DNA of 64,000 nt from Macrostomum hystrix (lineage: Eukaryota > Animalia > Platyhelminthes): positions 62,001 through 126,000 of the forward strand of contig CATNEN010000012.1 of the NCBI GenBank assembly GCA_950097015.1, written 5' to 3'. A program made the position numbers and the translations under genes. Shown here piece by piece: positions 14,515 to 27,476 of this stretch. How positions within the stretch are numbered: position 1 is the stretch's first letter; each line of letters opens with the position of its first letter. A model generated the notes under the pieces. The model was not told the DNA's origin, did not search any database, and saw nothing but the letters and a program-made list of their open reading frames with translations.

Positions 14515-15180
14515 GTGGAGAGAGAGGGAGTGATATGGAGAGAGGCAGAGTGAGGTGGAGTGAGGCAGAGTGAGGTGGAGGGAGGCAGAGTGAGGTGGAG
14601 GCAGGCAGAGTGAGGTGGAGGCAGGCAGAGTGAGGTGGAGGGAGGCAGAGTGAGGTGGAGTGAGGCAGAGTGAGGTGGAGTGAGGCAGAGTGAGGTGGAG
14701 GGAGGCAGAGTGAGGTGGACAGAGGCAGAGTGAGGTGGAGAGAGGGAGTGAAGCGAGAGAGGCAGAGTGAGGTGGACAGAGGCAGAGTGAGGTGGAGGGA
14801 GGCAGAGTGAGGTGGACAGAGGCAGAGTGAGGTGGAGGGAGGCAGAGTGAGGTGGACAGAGGCAGAGTGAGGTGGAGGCAGGCAGAGTGAGGTGGAGGGA
14901 GGCAGAGTGAGGTGGAGAGAGGTAGAGTGAGGTGGAGGCAGGCAGAGTGAGGTGGAGGGAGGCAGAGTGAGGTGGAGAGAGGTAGAGTGAGGTGGAGAGA
15001 GGCAGAGTGAGGTGGAGGGAGGCAGAGTGAGGTGGAGGGAGGCATGTGAGGTGGCGGGAGGCAGAGTGGAGGTGGAGTGAGGTGGAGGGAGGCAGAGTGA
15101 GGTGGAGGGAGGCAGAGTGGAGGTGGAGTGAGGTGGAGGGAGGCATGTGAGGTGCCGGGAGCAGAGTGAGGTGGAGTGAG
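14515..15180. repeat. 20-bp minisatellite GGCAGAGTGAGGTGGAGGGA
   Basis: Direct; same family as 16480-17003. Confidence 0.95.
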
Positions 15181-15659
15181 GAACAGTGTTGCTAGAGCTG
15201 TAACAATGAGCCCTTTCTGCGCTGTCATATTCTATCAGCAGAGAAATGATTGCTATGAGTTTGACCCAGCCACAAGAGATCTATGAAGCTGCTGCTCAGA
15301 GTCAGCTCTAATTGCGCGGTGAAATGTCCGGCAGGGGAGGCTGGCCAGGGTAGGGTTGCTACAATTCTCAATTCCCCTGTATCCGCCGGGTTTTTGCTGG
15401 CGTTGAGAAAAAATATTAAACAAATTAAAAATCTTCAACCCTAACCTGAGCTGGGAGAAAATATTATTTTAGTGCAGGATACTTTAAAGACCAAGCTGGT
15501 TGGAGTGGACTTATCACGTTTACTCTTTCTAATGCACTTTTGCTTCTCTAAAATGCCTTTTGTTCTCATCAATTGCTTCTTTTTAACACATAGAAATGTT
15601 CCCCTTTACTGATCTAGTGCTGAAAATTCCTATCTAGTATAGTCTGAAAGTGTCATCCA

Positions 15660-16028
15660 CTGTTAGATTGGGTAGTCTGCTGTTAGATTGGGTAGTCTGC
15701 TGTTAGATTGGGTAGTCTGCTGTTAGATTGAGTAGTCTGCGGTTAGATTGAGTAGTCTGCTGTTAGATTGAGTAGTCTGCTGTTAGATTGAGTAGTCTGC
15801 TGTTAGATTGAGTAGTCTGCTGTTAGATTGAGTAGCCTGCTGTTAGATTGAGTAGTCTGCGGTTAGATTGAGTAGTCTGCTGTTAGATTGAGTAGTCTGC
15901 GGTTAGATTGAGTAGTCTGCTGTTAGATTGAGTAGTCTGCTGTTAGATTGAGTAGTCTGCTGTTAGATTGAGTAGTCTGCTGTTAGATTGAGTAGCCTGC
16001 TGTTAGATTGAGTAGTCTGCTGTTAGAT
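15660..16028. repeat. 20-bp minisatellite TGTTAGATTGAGTAGTCTGC
   Basis: Direct. Confidence 0.97.
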
Positions 16029-16479
16029 ATAAAAACTAAGTGTGTGGTTAGTTGTTCTATGGATAAATGGAATACTGTTATGCATAATGATGCACTCACT
16101 CATTGATTGTAGTATATTATTGTGATTATTTTCAGAGAATATCAGTTTTGAGTGACAGCTATTGTCCAGTCTAATTAATTCAGTGTGCCTCTTTATCTAA
16201 GAAGTGATGAAAACTAGCAGAGTTAGCTACTCACTCACTTATTAATTCTCAACTTCTGCTGTGAATCGGCATCAAAAGGCACTTTTCTCGCTGTCCAGCT
16301 TGACTAGCAGCACTTTAAGATGCTGCACATGTACTAAACGATTGGGTGTTCCCCTCACATGAAAATATATTGTTTGCGGCTTATACGAGATACATATAAC
16401 TTCTAAAGATGGGGCAGATTTAGTCAGATGAAGTTAAAGGAAGTTAGAATGAGGCAGGGCAAGAGTGATATGGAGAGAG

Positions 16480-17003
16480 TTAGAGTGAGGTGGAGAGAGG
16501 CAGAGTGAGGTGGAAAGAGGCAGAGTGAGGTGGAGGGTGGCAGAGTGAGGTGGCGGGAGGCAGAGTGAGGTGGAGGGTGGCAGAGTGATGTGGCGGGAAG
16601 CTGATTGAGGTGGAGGGTGGCAGAGTGAGGTGGCGGGAGGCAGAGTGAGGTGGAGGGTGGCAGAGTGATGTGGCGGGAAGCTGATTGAGGTGGAGGGTGG
16701 CAGAGTGAGGTGGAGGGAAGCTGAGTGAGGTGGAGGTTGGCTGAGTGAGGTGGCGGGAGGCAGAGTGAGGTGGAGGGAAGCTGAGTGAGGTGGAGGGTGG
16801 CTGAGTGAGGTGGCGGGTGGCAGAGTGAGGTGGAGGGAAGCTGAGTGAGGTGGAGGGTGGCAGAGTGAGGTGGAGGGAGGCAGAGTGAGGTGGAGGGAGG
16901 CAGAGTGAGGTGGAGGGAAGCTGAGTGAGGTGGAGGGTGGCAGAGTGAGGTGGAGGGAGGCAGAGTGAGGTGGAGGGTGGCAGAGTGAGGTGGAGGGAGG
17001 CAG
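16480..17003. repeat. 20-bp minisatellite GGCAGAGTGAGGTGGAGGG(A/T)
   Basis: Direct; same family as 14515-15180. Confidence 0.95.
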
Positions 17004-18863
17004 GGTTGGGTATTTGGACCGCAAGCTGTTGAGCTCCATGGTTGAGTGTGGCAAAAGAGACATTGTAATTGAAGAGCAAGCAAGCGGGCAATAAGCAAGA
17101 AACAGAACGCAGAAGTGGAATGGCTGGCCAAAATCTGATAAAGAGAAAAAGAGAGAAGGAAGGAAGGAGGGGCTGTAGCTGCTGAGCCCGGAAGCCGGCC
17201 AGACTCAGGGCCGAGTTTGGTAGGCTCCGCCCCGCATCGAGTCAACCGGCAATCTCCCATCGACGGACGGGAGCTGAAGCAAATTGGCCCCGGTCGGCGT
17301 GATTGAGACTTCATCTTCTTCTCCAGCGCCCAGTGCCTACTATTCCGCCCCTCTTTTCCAAAGAGAAATAGAAAAATAAAATAGAGTTTCCTAACTAGAG
17401 TAGAATCACTTCAGTGTCTACGCGATGTCCGCTAACCGATAAGAGGAAATTGATTTCGGTCCATCGCCCGTCTACACACTGTCGCCTGTGTGGCCGTTGC
17501 CTTTCATTTTCCTGTTTTGCTATCTGCACTGATGCCCAGAGAACACAAAAAATCATATTATGTACCGTTCGCGCCTTGACCGTTGCGGTCATTTCTGCCA
17601 TAAGCAGCCTATGCAGGTTGTTATTAAGCGAAATTCATATCTATGTATTGACACGATTTCGCGCCCGCTGTCAACGTCTATGGCAAAAACTCGTCAAAAA
17701 CTTTACTTTTTGGATATATTTTAGAGTTTTAATGGAGAGATAGGGCACGGCTTTTGAGTGTCTATGGCGTTGCTGCACTCAAAAGCCGTGCTTTTATCAC
17801 ATTATTTCACGCTGTCTATGGTAAATCCTGGCATTATTTTGTCCCAGTTAGTGTCTAAACCATTCGTCAATGGTTGTTTTATCTTCTGCGGGTACAGAAG
17901 CCCCCACATTTCAACCATAGACAACATTTCATTGAGAAATATTTCGAGTAAAAGAGGAGAGAATCTAATTTGTAGGAAGTACACTTGTGCACAACCGTAT
18001 AGGCCATAGATATCGACATCGGCAGCAAAAAATCGTTGGTTTCATCCTCGTTTTGGCCTTTTAAAACATAAAAAAAACCATGATAAAAACAGAGGGGCAA
18101 AGTGTGCGGGTCAGTGAGGACCCAGTTTGTACCCTAGACTATGCGCCAACGCCAGTTTGGTTGTGGAGTACGGGCCAGCAGTCCAAAAATAGACAGATAA
18201 AGTGTCACACTAAAGTCCCTCATTAGCATAGTAATGAGTGGGGCTGTTGCAGATGCAGCTAGCGTAGATAAAAGAATGCTTGGATGAAGATATGATCGTA
18301 GTGACAGCGGCTAACAGCGTATTTTTTAGCAGATCTCAGGCATCAACAGTGCAGAGCTGTTTTCATTTCTAGTCCAACCCCTTCCCCAATAGCTAGTGAT
18401 CCCCATTTCGGGCAGAACGAAATGAGGCGTGCAAAGTTGCCTAAAAGAGCTTCGAATTTTCGACTCGAATTCGATCTCACAAACTCAGAGGTCCTTGGAG
18501 CAGTGCGTTATGCCCTTCTCCATCCTCTCCCTCTCTCCTCTATCCTCTCTAGCGAGTTTGGCTTTCAAGAACAGTCCTTGCATTTCATTTGCACAAGGGA
18601 AATTTGCATTAATCAAAAACGACACAGCGAACCGCAGCGCCAAGCCGCCTCCCTCCCCCCTTAGTCAACTGATTGGATAAAAGTGCGAGCGCATCTTTTG
18701 CGATTGTGCCCGGCGTACAAATGTCGCTAAGGAATGCGGTGGAACAGCGCGTCCATGAGATGGGAGATTGGATGCCGAGGATGCTGACTTTGTCATGAAC
18801 TACAGCTCGAGAGGATGAGACAGAATCTACACTTTGGAGATCGAGTAGATGCATCTTAAATAA

Positions 18864-20052
18864 GACTAGATATCAAAGAGAATGAGACTAGATATCAAAG
18901 AGAATGAGAATATATATCAAAGAGAATGAGAATATATATCAAAGAGAATGATACTAGATATCAAAGAGAATGAGAATAGATATCAAAGAGAATGAGAATA
19001 GATATCAAAGAGAATGAGACTAGATATCAAAGAGAATGATACTAGATATCAAAGAGAATGAGAATAGATATCAAAGAGAATGATACTAGATATCAAAGAG
19101 AATGATACTAGATATCAAAGAGAATGAGAATAGATATCAAAGAGAATGAGAATATATATCAAAGAGAATGAGACTAGATATCAAAGAGAATGAGAATATA
19201 TATCAAAGAGAATGAGACTAGATATCAAAGAGAATGAGACTAGATATCAAAGAGAATGAGACTAGATATCAAAGAGAATGAGAATATATATCAAAGAGAA
19301 TGAGACTAGATATCAAAGAGAATTAGACTAGATATCAAAGAGAATGAGAATAGATATGAAAGAGAATGAGACTAGATATCAAAGAGAATGAGACTAGATA
19401 TCAAAGAGAATGAGAATAGATATCAAAGAGAATGAGACTAGATATCAAAGAGAATGAGAATATATATCAAAGAGAATGAGACTAGATATCAAAGAGAATG
19501 AGACTAGATATCAAAGAGAATGAGAATATATATCAAAGAGAATGAGACTAGATATCAAAGAGAATGAGAATAGATATCAAAGAGAATGAGAATAGATATC
19601 AAAGAGAATGAGAATAGATATCAAAGAGAATGAGACTAGATATCAAAGAGAATGAGAATAGATATCAAAGAGAATGAGAATAGATATCAAAGAGAATGAG
19701 ACTAGATATCAAAGAGAATGATACTAGATATCAAAGAGAATGAGACTAGATATCAAAGAGAATGAGAATAGATATGAAAGAGAATGAGACTAGATATCAA
19801 AGAGAATGAGAATAGATATCAAAGAGAATGAGAATAGATATCAAAGAGAATGAGAATATATATCAAAGAGAATGACAATAGATATCAAAGAGAATGAGAA
19901 TAGATATCAAAGAGAATGAGAATAGATATCAAAGAGAATGATACTAGATATCAAAGAGAATGAGAATAGATATCAAAGAGAATGATACTAGATATCAAAT
20001 AGAATGAGAATATATATCAAAGAGAATGAGAATAGATATCAAAGAGAATGAG
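18864..20052. repeat. 22-bp minisatellite AGATATCAAAGAGAATGAGACT
   Basis: Direct. Confidence 0.97.
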
Positions 20053-20425
20053 AGCAGACACTCATATATCGAAGCAATGCTAGACATATGAAACAAATCA
20101 TTTAAAAGTGTGGTCAATGCTTCTTAATAAACTGGCCATGCTAATATTGCCGTGTTCTTGATAGAAGAAGGGCTTGCTGCTATTGTGCATGATAGTTGAC
20201 TTGCAGCAACAGTCGACCGAAAGGACAGTGAAAGACGGGGCGGAGAGAAGAAAGCCTGAGATGACTTGCTTGCTGAGTTGCATTCCTGCCCGCCGGGCAA
20301 TCCACGCCTGCGTCATTGCATAATAAGTGACGACTCGGCTATACCCTCTCCCCCTGACTTGTGAGACGACAGTAGATAACGGGCCGACTCATTAGCCGCA
20401 GCTTCCTTGTAATAACCGCGGGCGA

Positions 20426-20522
20426 CACACACACACTCACACACACACTCACACACTCACACACACACACACACTCACACACACACACTCACACACTCAC
20501 ACACACACACACACTCACACAC
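20426..20522. repeat. (CA)n microsatellite with CT interruptions
   Basis: Direct. Confidence 0.95.
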
Positions 20523-20764
20523 TGCGGCTCTTTCATGCTTTCAAGGGGAAAATTAGTGAGAATTTCGCCTAGTCTCGACTGCTCATCTACTCTGTAATTC
20601 AGAGCATGCTAATTTCGCTCGCCGTTCCCTCAAGCTAGACGCGCAGAGCTTGCACTTCATGACGGCGAAGCTGTCATAAGAAATAAGAGACAGGATAAAA
20701 TATTGAATGAGAGAATGGGCTAACAGATTTAGCTACAAATAGCGACTTCAAAACCCTTCGAATT

Positions 20765-22250
20765 GTGAATGGATTTGAGTAGATTTTGAAGAGAAAATCA
20801 ACGTGTGAATGGATTTTAGCAGTTTTTGAAGAGACAATCAACGTGTCAATGGATTTGAGCAGTTTTTGAAGAGAAAATCAACGTGTCAATGGATTTGAGC
20901 AGTTTTTTGAACAGAAAATCAACGTGTAAATGGATTTGAGCAGTTTTTGAAGAGAAAATCAACGTGTCAATGGATTTGAGCAGTTTTTGAAGAGAAAATC
21001 AACGTGTCAATGGATTTGAGCAGTTTTTGAAGAGAACATCAACGTGGGACTGGATTTGAGCAGTTTTCTGAAGAGACAATCAAAGTGTGAATTGATTTGA
21101 GCAGTTTTTGAAGGGACAGTCAGAGTGTGAATTGATTTGAGCAGTTTTTGAAGGGACAGTCAGAGTGTGAATTGATTTGAGCAGTTTTTGAAGGGACAGT
21201 CAGAGTGTGAATTGATTTGAGCAGTTTTTGAAGGGACAGTCAGAGTGTTAATGGATTTGAGCAGTTTTTGAAGGGACAGTCAGAGTGTGAATTGATTTGA
21301 GCAGTTTTTGAAGGGACAGTCAGAGTGTGAATTGATTTGAGCAGTTTTTGAAGGGACAGTCAGAGTGTGAATTGATTTGAGCAGTTTTCTGAAGAGACAA
21401 TCAAAGTGTGAATTGATTTGAGCAGTTTTTGAAGGGACAGTCAGAGTGTGAATTGATTTGAGCAGTTTTTGAAGGGACAGTCAGAGTGTGAATTGATTTG
21501 AGCAGTTTTTGAAGGGACAGTCAGAGTGTGAATTGATTTGAGCAGTTTTTGAAGGGACAGTCAGAGTGTTAATGGATTTGAGCAGTTTTTGAAGGGACAG
21601 TCAGAGTGTGAATTGATTTGAGCAGTTTTTGAAGGGACAGTCAGAGTGTGAATTGATTTGAGCAGTTTTTGAAGGGACAGTCAGAGTGTGAATTGATTTG
21701 AGCAGTTTTTGAAGGGACAGTCAGAGTGTGAATTGATTTGAGCAGTTTTTGAAGGGACAGTCAGAGTGTGAATTGATTTGAGCAGTTTTTGAAGGGACAG
21801 TCAGAGTGTGAATTGATTTGAGCAGTTTTTGAAGGGACAGTCAGAGTGTGAATTGATTTGAGCAGTTTTTGAAGGGACAGTCAGAGTGTGAATTGATTTG
21901 AGCAGTTTTTGAAGGGACAGTCAGAGTGTGAATTGATTTGAGCAGTTTTTGAAGGGACAGTCAGAGTGTGAATTGATTTGAGCAGTTTTTGAAGGGACAG
22001 TCAGAGTGTGAATTGATTTGAGCAGTTTTTGAAGGGACAGTCAGAGTGTGAATTGATTTGAGCAGTTTTTGAAGGGACAGTCAGAGTGTGAATTGATTTG
22101 AGCAGTTTTTGAAGGGACAGTCAGAGTGTGAATTGATTTGAGCAGTTTTTGAAGGGACAGTCAGAGTGTGAATTGATTTGAGCAGTTTTTGAAGGGACAG
22201 TCAGAGTGTGAATTGATTTGAGCAGTTTTTGAAGGGACAGTCAGAGTGTG
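20765..22250. repeat. 40-bp minisatellite AATTGATTTGAGCAGTTTTTGAAGGGACAGTCAGAGTGTG
   Basis: Diverged variant at the 5-prime side, homogeneous 3-prime side. Confidence 0.97.
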
Positions 22251-22653
22251 AAGGTATCTGAGCAGTTTCGGAAGAGACGCTCAAAGTGAGAAATGTTGCG
22301 ATCACTTTCTTGTGCATTTGCTAAAATATTCAGGCAAATTTGTTGTTTTTCGCCTATTCAATTTTTATAAAAGATGCAATTCTTCCGGCCAATTGAGTGG
22401 CACTTTGTTCTCGCTGGCTTTTCCTTGAGTTCTATTGAAAGATCGAGCAGCCACCCAGCTTCCTGACGTGTTAAATTGGAGTCTTTGAGAACAGCTCCAT
22501 GGAATTTTGTGACTGGCGTTTCTCAATGGCTTCCGCATTTCTGTTCCGGACATTGCATAAACAGGATGTGCTGATAGTGGGGCTCAATCATTAATAGTAG
22601 ATCGAAAAAGTAGACTTGTTGAAATTAATAGAAGGATAGGGACAGATTATTAG

Positions 22654-23691
<1,038 letters not shown>

Positions 23692-24562
23692 AGAATCAGA
23701 ACTGCCAAATGGTGCACAGCATGTATCTGTTGAATCTCGCGCCTTCATTTCCAATTATCGGGCGATTCCCAATTTAGGTGTGCCCAAAGAATCGTGGCAC
23801 TGCAGTTGGCGCTGTCGGTTGCAGCGGTCTGTGACCTTAAGCCATTAGGCACGGCCTCATTCCCCATGGCCAGCAGATCTGAAATCCATGACGAAATTGG
23901 TGGATGCCACGGGCCCACCCACGCACGTCCACTCCCCGCCGCATTCTCCTGTCGGTCAGGACGGCACACCTGTGCCCTGACCAGCGGGCCTTCCCCAGAA
24001 ATAGGCAGCCATTTGATAATGGGATTTGAAAATGATGCCGGCATCCATTAGTGAGGAGTTCTGTTTTAAAAAATGACGCGATAAAAAGGACCGGCAAATA
24101 TCTTTTTCTGACGCGTGGATTAAAACAAACTGCGGATTAAAGAGGCTGTCCCCTTCCCATGGTCTCCAATTTCTCCGTTCATAGTCCCTCCGTGTTTCCT
24201 TGAAGCTTCTTTGAAATTCTCAGCTGCTTCAAATTTGGCCAGCTGAAGTCTCGCAAGTCGGCCGAACTGGCTGAGATTTCCTGGATTTATAGGATAATCT
24301 CGCTTGCCAAACCCTGAAGTCGGTTGGGAGGGGGGTGGCATGTCGCCGGCTTGGCAACCAGTGGGCCGATGAAGCCGCATGTTGAGTAGAGGCCTGTGCT
24401 TAGAAATCCTTCTCCAGGATCTCCCAGGAGAGAATCGGGATTTGAGGGGAGAGGAATATTCTGCAGTTTGGGCCACGCGAGGATTAGCGCTCTGGGGGCG
24501 GTGTGAGGCTGTGCGCAAGGTAGTTAATTATCAGCGGGCGCGAATTCATTGCCAAACAGGGG

Positions 24563-24570
24563 TATAAAAG
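24563..24570 (+). promoter_or_regulatory. Candidate TATA box for the muscarinic receptor
   Basis: GGGGTATAAAAG, then a strong donor CACG|gtaagg at 24763 and acceptor tttccag at 27439, 37 nt before the ATG. Confidence 0.3.
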
Positions 24571-25481
24571 TTCTTAACTTAACCGAAGAACAGACTCAAT
24601 CCGAAAATAGTTCAATCAATAAAATCAAGTCTAGTCTGAATCGTGTTTATACTGATTTCAAATAGGTGCAAATATTAACAGGATTGTCCACTCAGATATT
24701 ACAGGACATGAAAAGGTTAAATGAAATGAACTTGAATTTGAAAGAATTTGGGAGAAATCACGGTAAGGAAATTGATATTTTAAAAGTGCAAACAATGCCG
24801 CGTCTCACGCTGCGCTAGATGGCCAAGATCAAAAACTCTCAACAAAGCATTGTGTCTGGCCGGATATCGGAAACTGCTGACACTCAGCAGGAGCCGCTCT
24901 GAGCTGTGCTCACTTTGAATAGTCGCGAGGGGCCGTGAGGATAAACTTGGAGGACAATATGAAGTGAAACTGTCTGACCCGCTTCATCCCTTCCAGACTG
25001 TCTAATAAATCCTCTTTCATAGATAAAATATTGTAAAATTATTCTCAATTTTTCTTCAAACCCCAGTCTCACGCCACATAGACGACAGAAAATGATTGGA
25101 GAGGCACTGCCTACTAAAAATGGCCTCTCTAGTCCAGCAGATGGCCCAGGCATTCGCTAATCTAGTTATTTGTGCCCTGTGAAATTGTCTCTCCACACGC
25201 TATATCGAATATCAGGCACAGCAATGCAACTAGGAAGACTCACAAATTCCCTGCGTAATTGCATGGCGCACTGCAGAGGGAGGGTCGAAGAGACGACCGC
25301 ACCGACTGAAATGGAGCAAAGCTGGCTTGCTCAGCTGCTGATGAGAAGATGATGAAGCTTATTTTTTCCCATTCGACCATCTTACCATGGACCCCCTGTT
25401 TCTTATTGAAGCACGGACTCACGATTAAAATCCTTTGAATACGTAAATTTGAGTCGCGTTGTCTAAGGAACACGGCTTATT

Positions 25482-27405
25482 ATCCCCTGTGACTCACAGC
25501 TGCCAGTGATCCCCTGTGACTCACAGCTACCAGTGATCCCCTGTGACTCACAGCTGCCAGTGATCCCCTGTGACTCACAGCTGCCAGTGATCCCCTGTGA
25601 CTCACAACTGCCAGTGATCCCCTGTGACTCACAACTGCCAGTGATCCCCTGTGACTCACAACTGCTAGTGATCCCCTGTGACTCACAACTGCTAGTGATC
25701 CCCTGTGACTCACAACTGCTAGTGATCCCCTGTGACTCACAACTGCTAGTGATCCCCTGTGACTCACAGCTACCAGTGATCCCCTGTGACTCACAACTGC
25801 TAGTGATCCCCTGTGACTCACAACTGCTAGTGATCCCCTGTGACTCACAGCTACCAGTGATCCCCTGTGACTCACAACTGCTAGTGATCCCCTGTGACTC
25901 ACAGCTGCCAGTGATCCCCTGTGACTCACAACTGCCAGTGATCCCTGTGACTCACAACTGCCAGTGATCCCCTGTGACTCACAACTGCTAGTGATCCCTG
26001 TGACTCACAACTGCTAGTGATCCCCTGTGACTCACAACTGCTAGTGATCCCCTGTGACTCACAGCTACCAGTGATCCCCTGTGACTCACAACTGCTAGTG
26101 ATCCCCTGTGACTCACAACTGCTAGTGATCCCCTGTGACTCACAGCTACCAGTGATCCCCTGTGACTCACAACTGCTAGTGATCCCCTGTGACTCACAAC
26201 TTCCAGTGATCCCCTGTGACTCACAACTGCCAGTGATCCCTGTGACTCACAACTGCCAGTGATCCCCTGTGACTCACAACTGCTAGTGATCCCTGTGACT
26301 CACAACTGCTAGTGATCCCCTGTGACTCACAACTGCTAGTGATCCCCTGTGACTCACAACTGCTAGTGATCCCCTGTGACTCACAGCTACCAGTGATCCC
26401 CTGTGACTCACAACTGCTAGTGATCCCCTGTGACTCACAACTGCTAGTGATCCCCTGTGACTCACAGCTACCAGTGATCCCCTGTGACTCACAACTGCTA
26501 GTGATCCCCTGTGACTCACAGCTGCCAGTGATCCCCTGTGACTCACAACTGCCAGTGATCCCTGTGACTCACAACTGCCAGTGATCCCCTGTGACTCACA
26601 ACTGCTAGTGATCCCTGTGACTCACAACTGCTAGTGATCCCCTGTGACTCACAACTGCTAGTGATCCCCTGTGACTCACAGCTACCAGTGATCCCCTGTG
26701 ACTCACAACTGCTAGTGATCCCCTGTGACTCACAACTGCTAGTGATCCCCTGTGACTCACAGCTACCAGTGATCCCCTGTGACTCACAACTGCTAGTGAT
26801 CCCCTGTGACTCACAACTTCCAGTGATCCCCTGTGACTCACAACTGCCAGTGATCCCTGTGACTCACAACTGCCAGTGATCCCCTGTGACTCACAACTGC
26901 TAGTGATCCCTGTGACTCACAACTGCTAGTGATCCCCTGTGACTCACAACTGCTAGTGATCCCCTGTGACTCACAACTGCTAGTGATCCCCTGTGACTCA
27001 CAGCTACCAGTGATCCCCTGTGACTCACAACTGCTAGTGATCCCCTGTGACTCACAACTGCTAGTGATCCCCTGTGACTCACAGCTACCAGTGATCCCCT
27101 GTGACTCACAACTGCTAGTGATCCCCTGTGACTCACAGCTGCCAGTGATCCCCTGTGACTCACAACTGCCAGTGATCCCTGTGACTCACAACTGCCAGTG
27201 ATCCCCTGTGACTCATAGCTAGTGATCCCGTGACTCATAGCTAGTGATCCCTGTGACTCATAGCTAGTGATCCCGTGACTCATAGCTAGTGATCCCTGTG
27301 ACCCATAGCTAGTGATCCCGTGACTCATAGCTAGTGATCCCTGTGACTCATAGCTGGTGATCCCGTGACTCATAGCTAGTGATCCCGTGACTCATAGCTA
27401 GTGAT
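25482..27405. repeat. 27-bp minisatellite GTGATCCCCTGTGACTCACAACTGCTA, shortening to 20-21-bp units at the 3-prime end
   Basis: Direct; ends ~35 bp before the receptor splice acceptor. Confidence 0.97.
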
Positions 27406-27476
27406 GCCTATACTGAATAAATTAAATTGCCGTTTCCAGGTAAAAATCCAGGAAGGCGAGCCCAGCTCAATCAGCA

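Noticed and set aside
5933-17314. Repetitive ORFs from arrays at 6, 10, 11.5, 13, 14, 14.5 and 16.5 kb
   Set aside because: Several overlapping frames on both strands are open simply because the units lack stops.
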